This document shows, piece after piece, positions 37,301-47,169 of a stretch of 64,000 nucleotides of DNA. A program made the position numbers and the translations under genes. The notes beneath the pieces are model-generated. The model searched no databases. It was not told the DNA's origin and saw only the letters and a program-made list of their open reading frames with translations. Within the stretch, counting starts at the first letter, position 1. Each line of letters begins with the position of its first letter. The stretch is from an uncultured archaeon (GTDB lineage Archaea > Iainarchaeota > Iainarchaeia > Iainarchaeales > 1-14-0-10-31-34): assembly GCA_964608675.1 (NCBI GenBank), contig CAZSOZ010000001.1, positions 192,001 to 256,000 of the forward strand, read 5' to 3'.

Positions 37301-39097
37301 TCATTTTTTTTCCATCATTTTTTTTGCTTTTTTTGTTATGCTTTCTGCGTCCATTCCAAATCTTTTTTTGATTTCTGCAGGAGCATCATAATCAATGTAG
37401 TCATCTGGAGCGCCAATTCTGTGCAGTTCAACATCTATTCCTTTTTCTTCAAGCATTTCTAATACTGCAGAACCAAATCCGCCAGGCAATACATTTTCTT
37501 CTATTGTGATTGCTTTTCCTGTTTTTTTCAGACTCTCAATTAACATTTTTTCATCTAATGGTTTTGCAAATCTTGCATTAATTACTTCTGCTGTAATTCC
37601 TTCTTTTTTTAGCAATGCTGCTGCTTCTTTTGTTTCTTTTAACATGAATCCAATACTTATTAATGAAATGTCTTTTCCTTCCTGAATTAATTCTGCTTTT
37701 CCTATTTCTAATGGTTTTGATTCTTTCATTTCAACTCCTATTGGAGTTCCTTTTGGGTACCTTACACTTATTGGTCCTTTGTCGTATTTGTATGCTGTTA
37801 AAACCATGTCTCCTAATTCGTTTTCGTCTTTTGGAGCCATTACAACCATGTTTGGAATAATTCTTAAATAACTTAAATCAAGTATTCCTCCTTGTGTTGG
37901 TCCGTCTCCTGTTATTGCAGATTTTGGAACCAAAAATTTTACTGGAAGATTCTGCAATGCTACATCATGAGCTATTTGGTCAAATCCTCTCTGTAAAAAA
38001 GGACTGTAAATTATTACAAAAGGTTTTACGCCTTCTGCTGCCAGTCCGGCTGCAAAAGTTACTGCGTGTTCTTCTGCTATTCCTACATCATAAAATCTTT
38101 CAGGGAATTTTTCTCCGAATTTAATTAGTCCTGTTCCTGCAGGCATTGCGGCTGTTATTGCAACTACTTTGTCGTCTTTTTCTGCTAATTTAATTACATC
38201 TTCTACTGCTGTTTTTTCAACTGAAACAGGTTTTTTTTTGGCAGGTTCTCCTGTTTCAATGTCGAATGCAGGGTGTTCGTGCCATCTTGCTTTGTCGTTT
38301 TCCATGTAAGGCATTCCTTTTCCTTTTATGGTTACTACGTGAAGCATTCTTGGCCCTGATAAATCTCTTATTCTTTCTAATTCGCTTACTAGTTTTTCTA
38401 CGTTGTGGCCGTCTATTGGTCCAAAATAATGTATTCCCATTTTTTCAAATATTGTTCCTACATCTCTTCTTGCTTTTTCTTCGTCTGCAAACATTGAAAG
38501 TTTTTTTAAGTGCTTGTACATTGCTCCTACATTTGGTGAAATGCTCATTTTGTTGTCATTTAAAATTATTATCATGTCTGTTTGGTTGTATCCAATGTTG
38601 TTTAATGCTTCATAACACATTCCTCCTCCTAAAGCGCCGTCGCCTGTTATTGCAAGTACTTCGTATTCTTTTTTGTTTCTTTTTCTTGCTTCAGCTATTC
38701 CCATGGCTCCGCTTAAAGCAGTTGAAGCATGTCCTGCACTCCATATATCATAAGGTGTTTCTCCTCTGACAGTAAATCTTGGGATTCCTTTTGGAATGCA
38801 GATTGTGTGAAAGTATTTTCTTCTTCCTGTTAAAATTTTGTGGGTATAACTTTGATGGCTTGTATCAAACAAAATTTTGTCTTCAGGGCAATTGAATACG
38901 TAATGCAAGGCAACAGTTAATTCCACTACTCCTAAGTTTGCTCCAATATGTCCTCCGTTTATTGAACAAGTGTGAAGCAAAACTTCTCTTATTTCTTTTG
39001 ATAATTCATTTAACTGTTCTACTTTTAATTTTTTTAAGTCTTCAGGACTGTCAATTTTTTCAAGTAATTTTGTTTTTGGAATATTGTTTTCTGCCAA
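37301..39097 (-). CDS. dxs: 1-deoxy-D-xylulose-5-phosphate synthase
   Basis: GGHIGANLGVVELT, HQSY.HKILTGR, GDGALGGG..EALNN, NDN, DVGIAEEHAV and DGPTQ motifs. Confidence 0.93.
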   Translation of the reverse strand: MAENNIPKTKLLEKIDSPEDLKKLKVEQLNELSKEIREVLLHTCSINGGHIGANLGVVELTVALHYVFNCPEDKILFDTSHQSYTHKILTGRRKYFHTICIPKGIPRFTVRGETPYDIWSAGHASTALSGAMGIAEARKRNKKEYEVLAITGDGALGGGMCYEALNNIGYNQTDMIIILNDNKMSISPNVGAMYKHLKKLSMFADEEKARRDVGTIFEKMGIHYFGPIDGHNVEKLVSELERIRDLSGPRMLHVVTIKGKGMPYMENDKARWHEHPAFDIETGEPAKKKPVSVEKTAVEDVIKLAEKDDKVVAITAAMPAGTGLIKFGEKFPERFYDVGIAEEHAVTFAAGLAAEGVKPFVIIYSPFLQRGFDQIAHDVALQNLPVKFLVPKSAITGDGPTQGGILDLSYLRIIPNMVVMAPKDENELGDMVLTAYKYDKGPISVRYPKGTPIGVEMKESKPLEIGKAELIQEGKDISLISIGFMLKETKEAAALLKKEGITAEVINARFAKPLDEKMLIESLKKTGKAITIEENVLPGGFGSAVLEMLEEKGIDVELHRIGAPDDYIDYDAPAEIKKRFGMDAESITKKAKKMMEKK

Positions 39098-39197
39098 TAA
39101 AACACCTCTTTTTTTTTGCTTTTAATCTAACAATAATCTAGCTCAAAGTATTTAAAGCTTACGTTAATTTAAAAACCATATTTCGTCAAAAAGCGAA

Positions 39198-39719
39198 TTA
39201 TTTCTTTTTCTTTTCTGTTATTTTTTTTATGTCTTTATGGATTGCGGTTACTACTGAAAAAACTTGTATTCCTTCTCCTCTTCCAAAAGGAGTAAGTTTT
39301 TCTCCTGTGGTTGCAATTATTCCTACTTGGTCTGGTTCTATTTTTAGTATTTCTGCTACTTTTTCTTTTATTTCATCTGAAATTGGGTCGATTTTTGGTT
39401 TTTTGCATTCGATTGTTATTCCAACAGTAGTAATAACATAATTCATTTCTTTTAGTTTTTTTAATGGTTCTTTTAAGTATTCTTTTGAATCAGTTATTCC
39501 TTCTTCTTTGCATAATTTGTCTGCATGATTTCCTAGGCTTTTCCAGCCGATTATTTGTGCAATTGAATTAAATAAAGAATGAAGTATTACGTCTGCATCT
39601 GAATTTCCTTTAAGGCCTCTTTCTCCTTTGATTTCTACTCCGCCTAAATACAGTTTTCTTTTTTCATGTACATGAGAAAACCTATGCGAATCTTGTCCTA
39701 ATCCTACTTTGAAAGGCAT
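39198..39719 (-). CDS. ispF: 2-C-methyl-D-erythritol 2,4-cyclodiphosphate synthase
   Basis: GLGQDSHRF, SDADVILH and ATTGEKL..FGRGEGI motifs. Confidence 0.92.
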   Translation of the reverse strand: MPFKVGLGQDSHRFSHVHEKRKLYLGGVEIKGERGLKGNSDADVILHSLFNSIAQIIGWKSLGNHADKLCKEEGITDSKEYLKEPLKKLKEMNYVITTVGITIECKKPKIDPISDEIKEKVAEILKIEPDQVGIIATTGEKLTPFGRGEGIQVFSVVTAIHKDIKKITEKKKK

Positions 39720-39762
39720 AATATCCCGCTAAATTATGTATAAAACATTTTTTATACGCTTC

Positions 39763-40461
39763 TTAATTCTGTTCCTCTTTTTCTATTATTTTTTCTGCTA
39801 ATTCCAGGTCTTCTTTTGTTGTAATTTTTATGTTGTCGTATGAACATTCAACAATTTTTATTTTTCCGTGAATTCTTTCAACTAATTGCACGTCGTCTGT
39901 TCCGTAAAATCCATCTTTGTGTGCTTTTTCAAATGCTTTTACTGCAATATGAAAAATTATTGCCTGAGGGGTTTGCATTTGCCATAATTCTTTTCTTTTT
40001 AGGGTTTCTTTTACAAGCAAATCTTCATTAACTCTTTTGATTGTGTCTTTAACTCTTTGTGCTGCAACGCTTGCCCCAAATTTTTTTGCTTCTTGTATGC
40101 ATTCTTTTATTGTTTTTTCTTTTACAAAAGGGTTAGCTGCATTATGAATTAATACAACATCTTCTTCTTTTGCTATTTCTTTTAGTTTTTTTATTCCGTT
40201 CCAGACAGAATCCTGCCTTTTTTCCCCGCCTTCCACAACAGCAATAATTTTTTTGAATTTTTCTCTTTCAGTTATTTTTTTTATTTCAGCAAAATCTTCT
40301 TTTGCAGCAGAAATAATTATTCCTTTAATTTTTTCTGTTTTATCAAATACTTTAATTGTTCTTGCAATTATTTCCCTGCCTTTTATTTTGATGAAGACCT
40401 TGTTTTTTTCGTGCCCCATCCTGATTCCTTTTCCGCCTGCGCATACAACAACATAATTCAT
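39763..40461 (-). CDS. ispD: MEP cytidylyltransferase
   Basis: AGGKG.RMG, GG.KRQDSV, QTPQ, TDD and NIKITT.EDL motifs. Confidence 0.92.
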   Translation of the reverse strand: MNYVVVCAGGKGIRMGHEKNKVFIKIKGREIIARTIKVFDKTEKIKGIIISAAKEDFAEIKKITEREKFKKIIAVVEGGEKRQDSVWNGIKKLKEIAKEEDVVLIHNAANPFVKEKTIKECIQEAKKFGASVAAQRVKDTIKRVNEDLLVKETLKRKELWQMQTPQAIIFHIAVKAFEKAHKDGFYGTDDVQLVERIHGKIKIVECSYDNIKITTKEDLELAEKIIEKEEQN

Positions 40462-40522
40462 TTTTTTTTCCCTCTTTTATTATTGCCTCTTCAAAGTATT
40501 AAATTTTTTGTTTTTTTTTGGT

Positions 40523-40960
40523 TTATAGTTTTTTGTGGCTTGAAAACTTTTTTGGCGTTTTTTCAAATGAAATTATTTTGTGTGAAAAAATCCTTGCTTT
40601 TTCCAGAATTTTTCCTGTTTTAGTTTTTCCAATTTTTGCGCTTGTTTTGAATTTTTTTGACATTCTGTTGAATTTTAAATTTAATTTTTGGTTTCCTTTA
40701 ATATAAATTATTACTTTACTTCTGATTGACATTAAAATTGCTTTTGTTACCGGTTTTTTGTTTTTCTTTTTGATTTTTTTTGCAGCTAGTTTGGCTATTG
40801 CAGTAATTATATTTGTTTTGGTTATTTCTTCTGCACTGAGGTTTTTGAATTCTTTTGGGGGGCTGGCATTAACTAAATTGAGCATTCCTTTTCTTTTGAA
40901 ACCGAATTTGTTGAAATATTCATGCACGCTTTCTTTTATGATTTGTTCTGTTTTGTCCAT
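40523..40960 (-). CDS. Basic hypothetical protein within the MEP cluster
   Basis: Co-oriented between dxr and ispD; Lys-rich; no family recognised. Confidence 0.5.
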   Translation of the reverse strand: MDKTEQIIKESVHEYFNKFGFKRKGMLNLVNASPPKEFKNLSAEEITKTNIITAIAKLAAKKIKKKNKKPVTKAILMSIRSKVIIYIKGNQKLNLKFNRMSKKFKTSAKIGKTKTGKILEKARIFSHKIISFEKTPKKFSSHKKL

Positions 40961-40977
40961 TTTTTTTCCTGATTTTT

Positions 40978-42138
40978 TTATTCTTCTTCAATTATTTTTC
41001 TTGTTTTTTCTCTTGCTTTTTTGTCTGCTTCCAATACGGTTTCAATTGAATCAGCTTTTTTGTTTTTGTGTTCGTCGATTACTTTTTTGATGATTTCAGG
41101 GATTTTTCCGTAAACAATTTTTTTGTCTAAAAAAGCATATACAGCAATCTCATTTGCTGCATTCATTGCTGAAGGAAGTGTTCCTCCTTTTTTTCCTGCT
41201 TCAAAAGCGTATTTTAAGCAGGGAAAATTTTCATAATCAGGGGCTTCAAAAGTAAGTTGTTTTGCTTTAATTAAATCAAGTTTTGGAAAGTTATTTGGAA
41301 TTCTTTTTGGGTAGCTTAAAGCATATTGGATTGGCATGCGCATATCGTGTGTTCCAATTTGCGCCATAATGCTTCCGTCTACAAACTCTATCATTGAATG
41401 AATTAAACTTTGAGGATGTACTATTACTTCTATTTCTTCAAAATTTAAATCATATAACCATTTTGCTTCTATTACTTCTAAGCCTTTATTCATTAATGTT
41501 GAGGAATCAATTGTTATTTTTGCTCCCATGCTCCAGGTTGGATGTCCTAAAGCTTGTTCTGGAGTAGAATTATAGAATTCTTTTCTTTTTTTTCCTTTGA
41601 ACGGCCCGCCAGAACAGGTAATAAGCACTCTGTTTACTTTGTTTCTTTCTTCTCCGTTTAAACATTGAAATAAAGCTGAATGCTCTGAATCAATAGGCAT
41701 CAAAGTAATGCCTTTTTCTTTTACTGCTTTCATTATTGGCTGGCCTCCGGCAACCAAAGTTTCTTTGTTTGCTAAAGCAATGTTTTTTCCTTTTTTGATT
41801 GCTTTCATTGTAGGTTGCATTCCAATTGAGCCTACAACTGCTATGATTGTTTGTTCAACTTCCTGCATTACTGCAATTTCTTTCAGTCCTTTCATTCCTG
41901 AAACAATTTCGACTTCTTTTCCAATTTTTTTTTCTAATTCTTCTGCTGAGTTTTCTTCAAATAAACAGGCTTTTTCTGGCTTAAATTCTTTTATTTGTTC
42001 AATCATTTTTTCTACTTCGTTGAATGCAGCCAACCCAATTATTTTGAATTCTTTTTGATGGTTTTTAACTACATCCAAAGTCTGGGTGCCAATGCTTCCT
42101 GTTGAACCCAAAATACTTATTTTCTTCATTTTAATCAT
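40978..42138 (-). CDS. dxr: 1-deoxy-D-xylulose-5-phosphate reductoisomerase
   Basis: LGSTGSIG, LANKE, PIDSEHSA, HPTWSMGAKITIDS and NAANE motifs. Confidence 0.95.
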   Translation of the reverse strand: MIKMKKISILGSTGSIGTQTLDVVKNHQKEFKIIGLAAFNEVEKMIEQIKEFKPEKACLFEENSAEELEKKIGKEVEIVSGMKGLKEIAVMQEVEQTIIAVVGSIGMQPTMKAIKKGKNIALANKETLVAGGQPIMKAVKEKGITLMPIDSEHSALFQCLNGEERNKVNRVLITCSGGPFKGKKRKEFYNSTPEQALGHPTWSMGAKITIDSSTLMNKGLEVIEAKWLYDLNFEEIEVIVHPQSLIHSMIEFVDGSIMAQIGTHDMRMPIQYALSYPKRIPNNFPKLDLIKAKQLTFEAPDYENFPCLKYAFEAGKKGGTLPSAMNAANEIAVYAFLDKKIVYGKIPEIIKKVIDEHKNKKADSIETVLEADKKAREKTRKIIEEE

Positions 42139-42235
42139 TAATATTTGGCTTCTTTAATTATTTAAAGGATTCTTTTTTTTTGTTTCTTCAATTTATTTAA
42201 AAATCGTTGCCTACTTTTATTTTTTCATATTTTTT

Positions 42236-44893
42236 ATGAATTTGAGGGATGAAATGAAACACATTTATTTTTTTGATGAAGGTTCAAAAGAACAAAAAAA
42301 TTTGTTGGGAGGAAAAGGAAGCAATTTATGTGAAATGACTAATTTAGGTCTCCCAATTCCTAAGGGTTTTGTGATTTCAACTGAAGCATGCATTAATTTT
42401 TTTGATTCAAATGATTTTTCTGAAGGTCTTGAAACTGAATTAAATACTGCTTTGAAAAAACTTGAAGAGAGAACAGGAAAAAAATTTGATTCAAATGAAA
42501 ATCCTTTGCTTGTTTCTGTTCGTAGCGGAGCAAGGGTTTCAATGCCTGGAATGATGGATACAGTTTTAAATCTCGGCTTGAATGAAAAAACAATTCATGC
42601 AATGACGGAAAAAACTCAAAATAAACGGTTTGTTTTGGATTCTTATAGGCGGTTTATTCAAATGTTTTCTGATGTTGTTTTGGGTTTAAATCATGATGAT
42701 TTTGAAGAAGTCCTTGAAAAAGAAAAGTCTTCTGTTGGAATAAAGTTTGATTTTGAATTAAATGAACAATCTCTTGAAAAAATAATTAATGAATTCAAGG
42801 AAATAGTTGAAAAAAAGACTTTTAAGCCTTTTCCTGAAAACCCTGAAGAACAATTAATTTTGGCAGTTAAAGCGGTTTTTAGTTCTTGGAATAACAAAAG
42901 AGCTAAAACTTACAGGAAATTAAACAGTATTCCTGATGACTGGGGGACTGCAGTAATAATTCAGGAAATGGTTTTCGGCAATTTAGGAAATGATTCTGGG
43001 ACAGGAGTTTGTTTTACTCGAAATCCTTCTGACGGCACAAAAGGGCTTTATGGAGAATTTCTTTTGAATGCACAGGGGGAAGATGTTGTTGCAGGAATCA
43101 GGACACCAAAAAAAATTTCTGAATTAAAAGAAGTAATGCCTAAAATTTTCGATGAACTTTCTTCTTTTGCAGTAAAATTAGAAAAGCATTACAAGGACAT
43201 GCAGGACATGGAATTCACCATAGAAAAAAACAGGCTGTTTGTTTTGCAGACAAGAAACGGCAAAAGAACTGCTCCTGCTGCAATCAGGATTGCAGTTGAA
43301 ATGGTTGAAGAACAATTAATTTCAAAACAGGCGGCTTTAATGAAAATTGATTCTTTGCATTTAAATCAGCTTCTCCATAAAAGAATTGATTCTAATCAGG
43401 AATTAAATGAAATTGCTTTTGGCTTGAATGCTTCTCCTGGAGCTGCAACAGGAAAAATTGTTTTTGATTCAGACAAAGCTGTTGAATTAGGAGAAAAAGA
43501 AAACGTGATTTTGGTTAGAAAGGAAACTTCTCCTGATGACATTCATGGAATGCATGCATCAAAAGGAATTCTTACTTCTCGCGGGGGAATGACAAGCCAT
43601 GCCGCGGTTGTTGCACGAGGAATGGGAAAACCGTGTGTTGCTGGATGTGAAGAAATAAAAATTGATTATTCTGCTAAAGAAATGAAGGCAAAAAATTCTG
43701 TTTTAAGGGAAGGAGATTTTATTTCAATTGACGGAACAACAGGAAAAGTGTTTTCAGGTGAACTAAAATTAGTTGAACCCAAACCAGATGAATTTTTTTC
43801 GCGGATTCTTTCATGGAGCGATGAAATAAAAGAATTAGCAGTTAGAACTAATGCAGATACTCCAAAAGACGCAAGAAAAGCAAGGGAATTAGGTGCAAAA
43901 GGAATTGGTTTATGCAGAACTGAACACATGTTTTTTGAGCCTGAAAGGCTTCCTATTGTTCAGAAAATGATTTTGTCTTCTTCTGTTGATGAAAGAAAAA
44001 AATACTTGAATGAACTTGAAAAAATGCAGAGAGAAGACTTTGAAGGAATTCTTGAAGCAATGAATTCTTTTCCTGTTACAATTCGTTTAATTGATCCTCC
44101 TTTGCATGAATTTTTGCCTTCAAGAGAACATTTAATTAAGAAAATCGCTGAATTGAAGCATTCAGCTAATTTAGAAGACGGAAATAAATTAATTGCTGAA
44201 TTACAGGAAAAAGAATCTTTGTTGAAGGAAGTCGAGGATTTAAGTGAATCAAATCCAATGCTTGGTTTTCGGGGATGCAGGCTGGGAATAATTTATCCTG
44301 AAATAATTGAAATGCAGACTAAAGCTGTTGCTGAAGCAGTAAAAAACTTAAAGAAAAAAGGTTTGAATCCTAAACCTGAAATAATGGTTCCTTTGGTTGG
44401 AATAGCAAAAGAGCTTGAGATTTCAAGAAAAACAATTGAAAAAATTTTAAAGGAAATTTTGCCTGATGAAAGCATTCCAATCGGCACAATGATTGAACTG
44501 CCTAGAGCAGCTTTAACTGCAGATGAAATTTCAAATCACGCTGATTTTTTTTCTTTCGGCACAAATGATTTAACTCAGACAACTTTTGGTTTTTCTCGTG
44601 ATGATGTTGAAGGAAAATTTTTGAATAAGTATGTTGAACAAAAAATTCTTGAAATTTCTCCTTTTGTTTCTCTTGACGTAAAAGGAGTGGGAAAATTAAT
44701 GGAAATAGCAGTTGGGCATGCAAGAAAAGCAAAACCTGAAATAAAATTAGGAATTTGCGGTGAGCACGGAGGGGACCCTGATTCAATTGAATTCTGCCAC
44801 AAACTTAAATTAGATTATGTTTCTTGTTCTCCTTTCAGAGTGCCAATTGCAAGATTGTCTGCTGCACAGGCAAGCATTAGAAAGAAACAATAA
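42236..44893 (+). CDS. ppdK: Pyruvate phosphate dikinase
   Basis: LGGKG, VSVRSGA.SMPGMMDT, GMTSHAAVVARG, GLCRTEHMF and GICGEHGG motifs. Confidence 0.96.
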   Translation: MNLRDEMKHIYFFDEGSKEQKNLLGGKGSNLCEMTNLGLPIPKGFVISTEACINFFDSNDFSEGLETELNTALKKLEERTGKKFDSNENPLLVSVRSGARVSMPGMMDTVLNLGLNEKTIHAMTEKTQNKRFVLDSYRRFIQMFSDVVLGLNHDDFEEVLEKEKSSVGIKFDFELNEQSLEKIINEFKEIVEKKTFKPFPENPEEQLILAVKAVFSSWNNKRAKTYRKLNSIPDDWGTAVIIQEMVFGNLGNDSGTGVCFTRNPSDGTKGLYGEFLLNAQGEDVVAGIRTPKKISELKEVMPKIFDELSSFAVKLEKHYKDMQDMEFTIEKNRLFVLQTRNGKRTAPAAIRIAVEMVEEQLISKQAALMKIDSLHLNQLLHKRIDSNQELNEIAFGLNASPGAATGKIVFDSDKAVELGEKENVILVRKETSPDDIHGMHASKGILTSRGGMTSHAAVVARGMGKPCVAGCEEIKIDYSAKEMKAKNSVLREGDFISIDGTTGKVFSGELKLVEPKPDEFFSRILSWSDEIKELAVRTNADTPKDARKARELGAKGIGLCRTEHMFFEPERLPIVQKMILSSSVDERKKYLNELEKMQREDFEGILEAMNSFPVTIRLIDPPLHEFLPSREHLIKKIAELKHSANLEDGNKLIAELQEKESLLKEVEDLSESNPMLGFRGCRLGIIYPEIIEMQTKAVAEAVKNLKKKGLNPKPEIMVPLVGIAKELEISRKTIEKILKEILPDESIPIGTMIELPRAALTADEISNHADFFSFGTNDLTQTTFGFSRDDVEGKFLNKYVEQKILEISPFVSLDVKGVGKLMEIAVGHARKAKPEIKLGICGEHGGDPDSIEFCHKLKLDYVSCSPFRVPIARLSAAQASIRKKQ

Positions 44894-45148
44894 TTATTTT
44901 TTTCTTTTTTTCATTATAGGGGGTCCTTCGTATTTGCAGTTTCTGCAGTAATAATCTTTTATTTCCCTGAAATAAATTTTTGCAGGCATCTGGGTTAAAG
45001 TCATATCAGTTGAACCACATTTAGGGCAGGTTGGAATAAGGTTTTCTTCTTTTGATGCTTCCAGAATTTTTTTGTCAAAATCTTTTATTTTTTCTTCAAA
45101 TTCTTCTTTATTTTCTTTATTCATTAATGTGCAATCTTTTTTTTTCAT
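44894..45148 (-). CDS. Small Zn-ribbon protein
   Basis: CPKCGS...YYCRNC.Y.GP. Confidence 0.7.
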   Translation of the reverse strand: MKKKDCTLMNKENKEEFEEKIKDFDKKILEASKEENLIPTCPKCGSTDMTLTQMPAKIYFREIKDYYCRNCKYEGPPIMKKRKK

Positions 45149-45258
45149 TTACAGCATCTTAAAATTGAAGGAACTTGTTTTTCTTTTTTTGTTTCTTTAA
45201 TTATTTTTTTGTTTAATTCTTTTATTTTTTCTTCAAATTTTTCGTTCATTTTTTCACT

Positions 45259-45534
45259 TTATTGATTGCATACAAAGCAAGTATCTGTAATTAATTCAGT
45301 CCAGTCAATTCTTCTTTTAAGTTCTCTTATTTCTTTTTTGAATTCTTTTCTTACTAAATATTTTGTGGGAAAACTTTTTTCTTTTTCAATTTTTTGTTTT
45401 TTCAGCAGTTCTTTTATTATTTCTCTTGTTTCGTTGAAGCCAAAAAAAGTTTTTTCCTGCAGTTCTTCAATTGTTTTTGGCTTATCTAATAAAATAACTA
45501 ATGCTTCTTTTTCTTTCAGTGAAAGTCCAGACAT
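45259..45534 (-). CDS. Small HTH (TrmB-like) protein
   Basis: LSLKEKEALVILLDKPKTIEEL...PTKY; C-terminal CxxC. Confidence 0.55.
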   Translation of the reverse strand: MSGLSLKEKEALVILLDKPKTIEELQEKTFFGFNETREIIKELLKKQKIEKEKSFPTKYLVRKEFKKEIRELKRRIDWTELITDTCFVCNQ

Positions 45535-45539
45535 ATTAA

Positions 45540-45956
45540 TCAGTAATTTGAGTTTGCTCTTCTTTTAATGTAATCCACTCTTATTTCTAATGCTTTGCTC
45601 ATTTCGTTTTTGTCTTTTAATTCGTTCATTTTTTTTCCCAGAGTTTTGTCTCCAATTATGTTTGAAACCCATTCTCCGAAATCATTTTTTTCTTGGTTAA
45701 CGTGGCTTTTGAATGTTTCTTCATCCATTTCTTTTAAGTGTTCAGATAATTCACATAAATTTTTTACTGAAATACTGTTATTTAAATAAAAATAATGATC
45801 AGGGTGTTTTACATTGCTTAACAGTACTGCAGCGCATTCGCTTCCGTTTGTTCTTTGCAGTTCGTATTTTGATACTTCAGAAGAAAAAACATTAAACTCT
45901 TTTTTTAGTTTTGCAAAAACATTTTTCCAGAATCTAAATTCCATTAAATCACCCAA
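45540..45956 (-). CDS. Hypothetical protein of a type often found in glycogen/sugar loci (DUF5752-like)
   Basis: FYL.N...KNL.EL...MDEETF.SHV...NDF.EW pattern. Confidence 0.55.
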   Translation of the reverse strand: MGDLMEFRFWKNVFAKLKKEFNVFSSEVSKYELQRTNGSECAAVLLSNVKHPDHYFYLNNSISVKNLCELSEHLKEMDEETFKSHVNQEKNDFGEWVSNIIGDKTLGKKMNELKDKNEMSKALEIRVDYIKRRANSNY

Positions 45957-45998
45957 TAAATCATAATACTTACTCTCTTATTGTATTTAAATTTTTGG

Positions 45999-46961
45999 TT
46001 ATTTTTTTTCGTGTTTTTCTGCAAATTTTTCTGCTTTTTTTAATGAAAGAAGCCCGTTGTGCGCGCCTATTGTTTTTATTACTGAGCAGGCGTTAGCGGT
46101 TCCTATTTTTAGTGCTTCAGGAATTTTCTTTTTTGCAGTTAATGCAGAAATGAATCCTGTTGAAAAAGAATCTCCTGCTCCTGTAACGTCTTTTCTTTCA
46201 ACATCATAAGCTTTTTGTTTAAAGAATTTTTTTCCGTTAAATGCAGTGCTTCCTTTTCTTCCATCAGTCATTACAACTAAATTAACTTTCATTTGATTTA
46301 ATTCTCTTATTGCATCTCTTTCGTTTTTCTTTTTTGTCCATTCAGTAATTTCATCTTTGTTTAAAATAATTAAATAACAGTTTTTTATCATGTTTTTTAG
46401 TTTGTGTAACCCTAATTTTCTTTGAGATGCTCCTGGATTAAATGCAAGCTTTATATTGTTTTTTTTGCAGAACGCGCTTATTTTTTCCAGAAATTTTATG
46501 CTGGTTCCGAATGAACTCAAATAAATCCAGTTCATTTTTTTTAGTTTTCTCCAGGGAACCTTTTTTTCATCCCAGTTATTGTTGGCGCCTCTGTAAGTCA
46601 TTATTGTTCTGTCTCCTTTTGGTTTTCTGAAAATAACTGAAAAGCCTGTTTCTTTTTCTGAGGCAACTGCAAGAATTTTTATTTTTTCTATTTTAAGCAG
46701 GTTTTCTATTTTTTTTGCAGTTGAATCGTTTCCAAGTGAAATTACTGCGTGTGCATCAAAGCCCATTTTTTTGAATCCAACAGAAGTATTTAATGCACCT
46801 CCCCCGAAATCAAAGTGAATTTCGTCTATATCAAATTTTTTGCCCAGTTTTAAGCATAAATCTGTTCCTTTTTCTGTTTTGCTTTTTCTGAAATGAAATT
46901 CGCTTGTTTTAACAAAAATATCCTGTGTGGCTGAACCAATGCATGCAATTTTTTTATTCAT
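45999..46961 (-). CDS. PfkB-family carbohydrate kinase
   Basis: GGGALN, FNPG and DVTGAGDSF motifs. Confidence 0.9.
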   Translation of the reverse strand: MNKKIACIGSATQDIFVKTSEFHFRKSKTEKGTDLCLKLGKKFDIDEIHFDFGGGALNTSVGFKKMGFDAHAVISLGNDSTAKKIENLLKIEKIKILAVASEKETGFSVIFRKPKGDRTIMTYRGANNNWDEKKVPWRKLKKMNWIYLSSFGTSIKFLEKISAFCKKNNIKLAFNPGASQRKLGLHKLKNMIKNCYLIILNKDEITEWTKKKNERDAIRELNQMKVNLVVMTDGRKGSTAFNGKKFFKQKAYDVERKDVTGAGDSFSTGFISALTAKKKIPEALKIGTANACSVIKTIGAHNGLLSLKKAEKFAEKHEKK

Positions 46962-47169
46962 CTTTTAGAATAACACAGAAATCTTATTTATTCTTTGTGC
47001 AAAAAAAAAAACAGTTATTTATGTATAATTTTTTGTTTTTTTATTAGTTTTCTTTAATGCAAACCTTTTTATTTGAGTTAAGGAGTATATTATTTGCAGT
47101 GTTTTTACAGCTTTTTTTCACGCAGCTGCTGCATAATTATGAAGAAATCATGCAATTAAGTTGAGTTAT

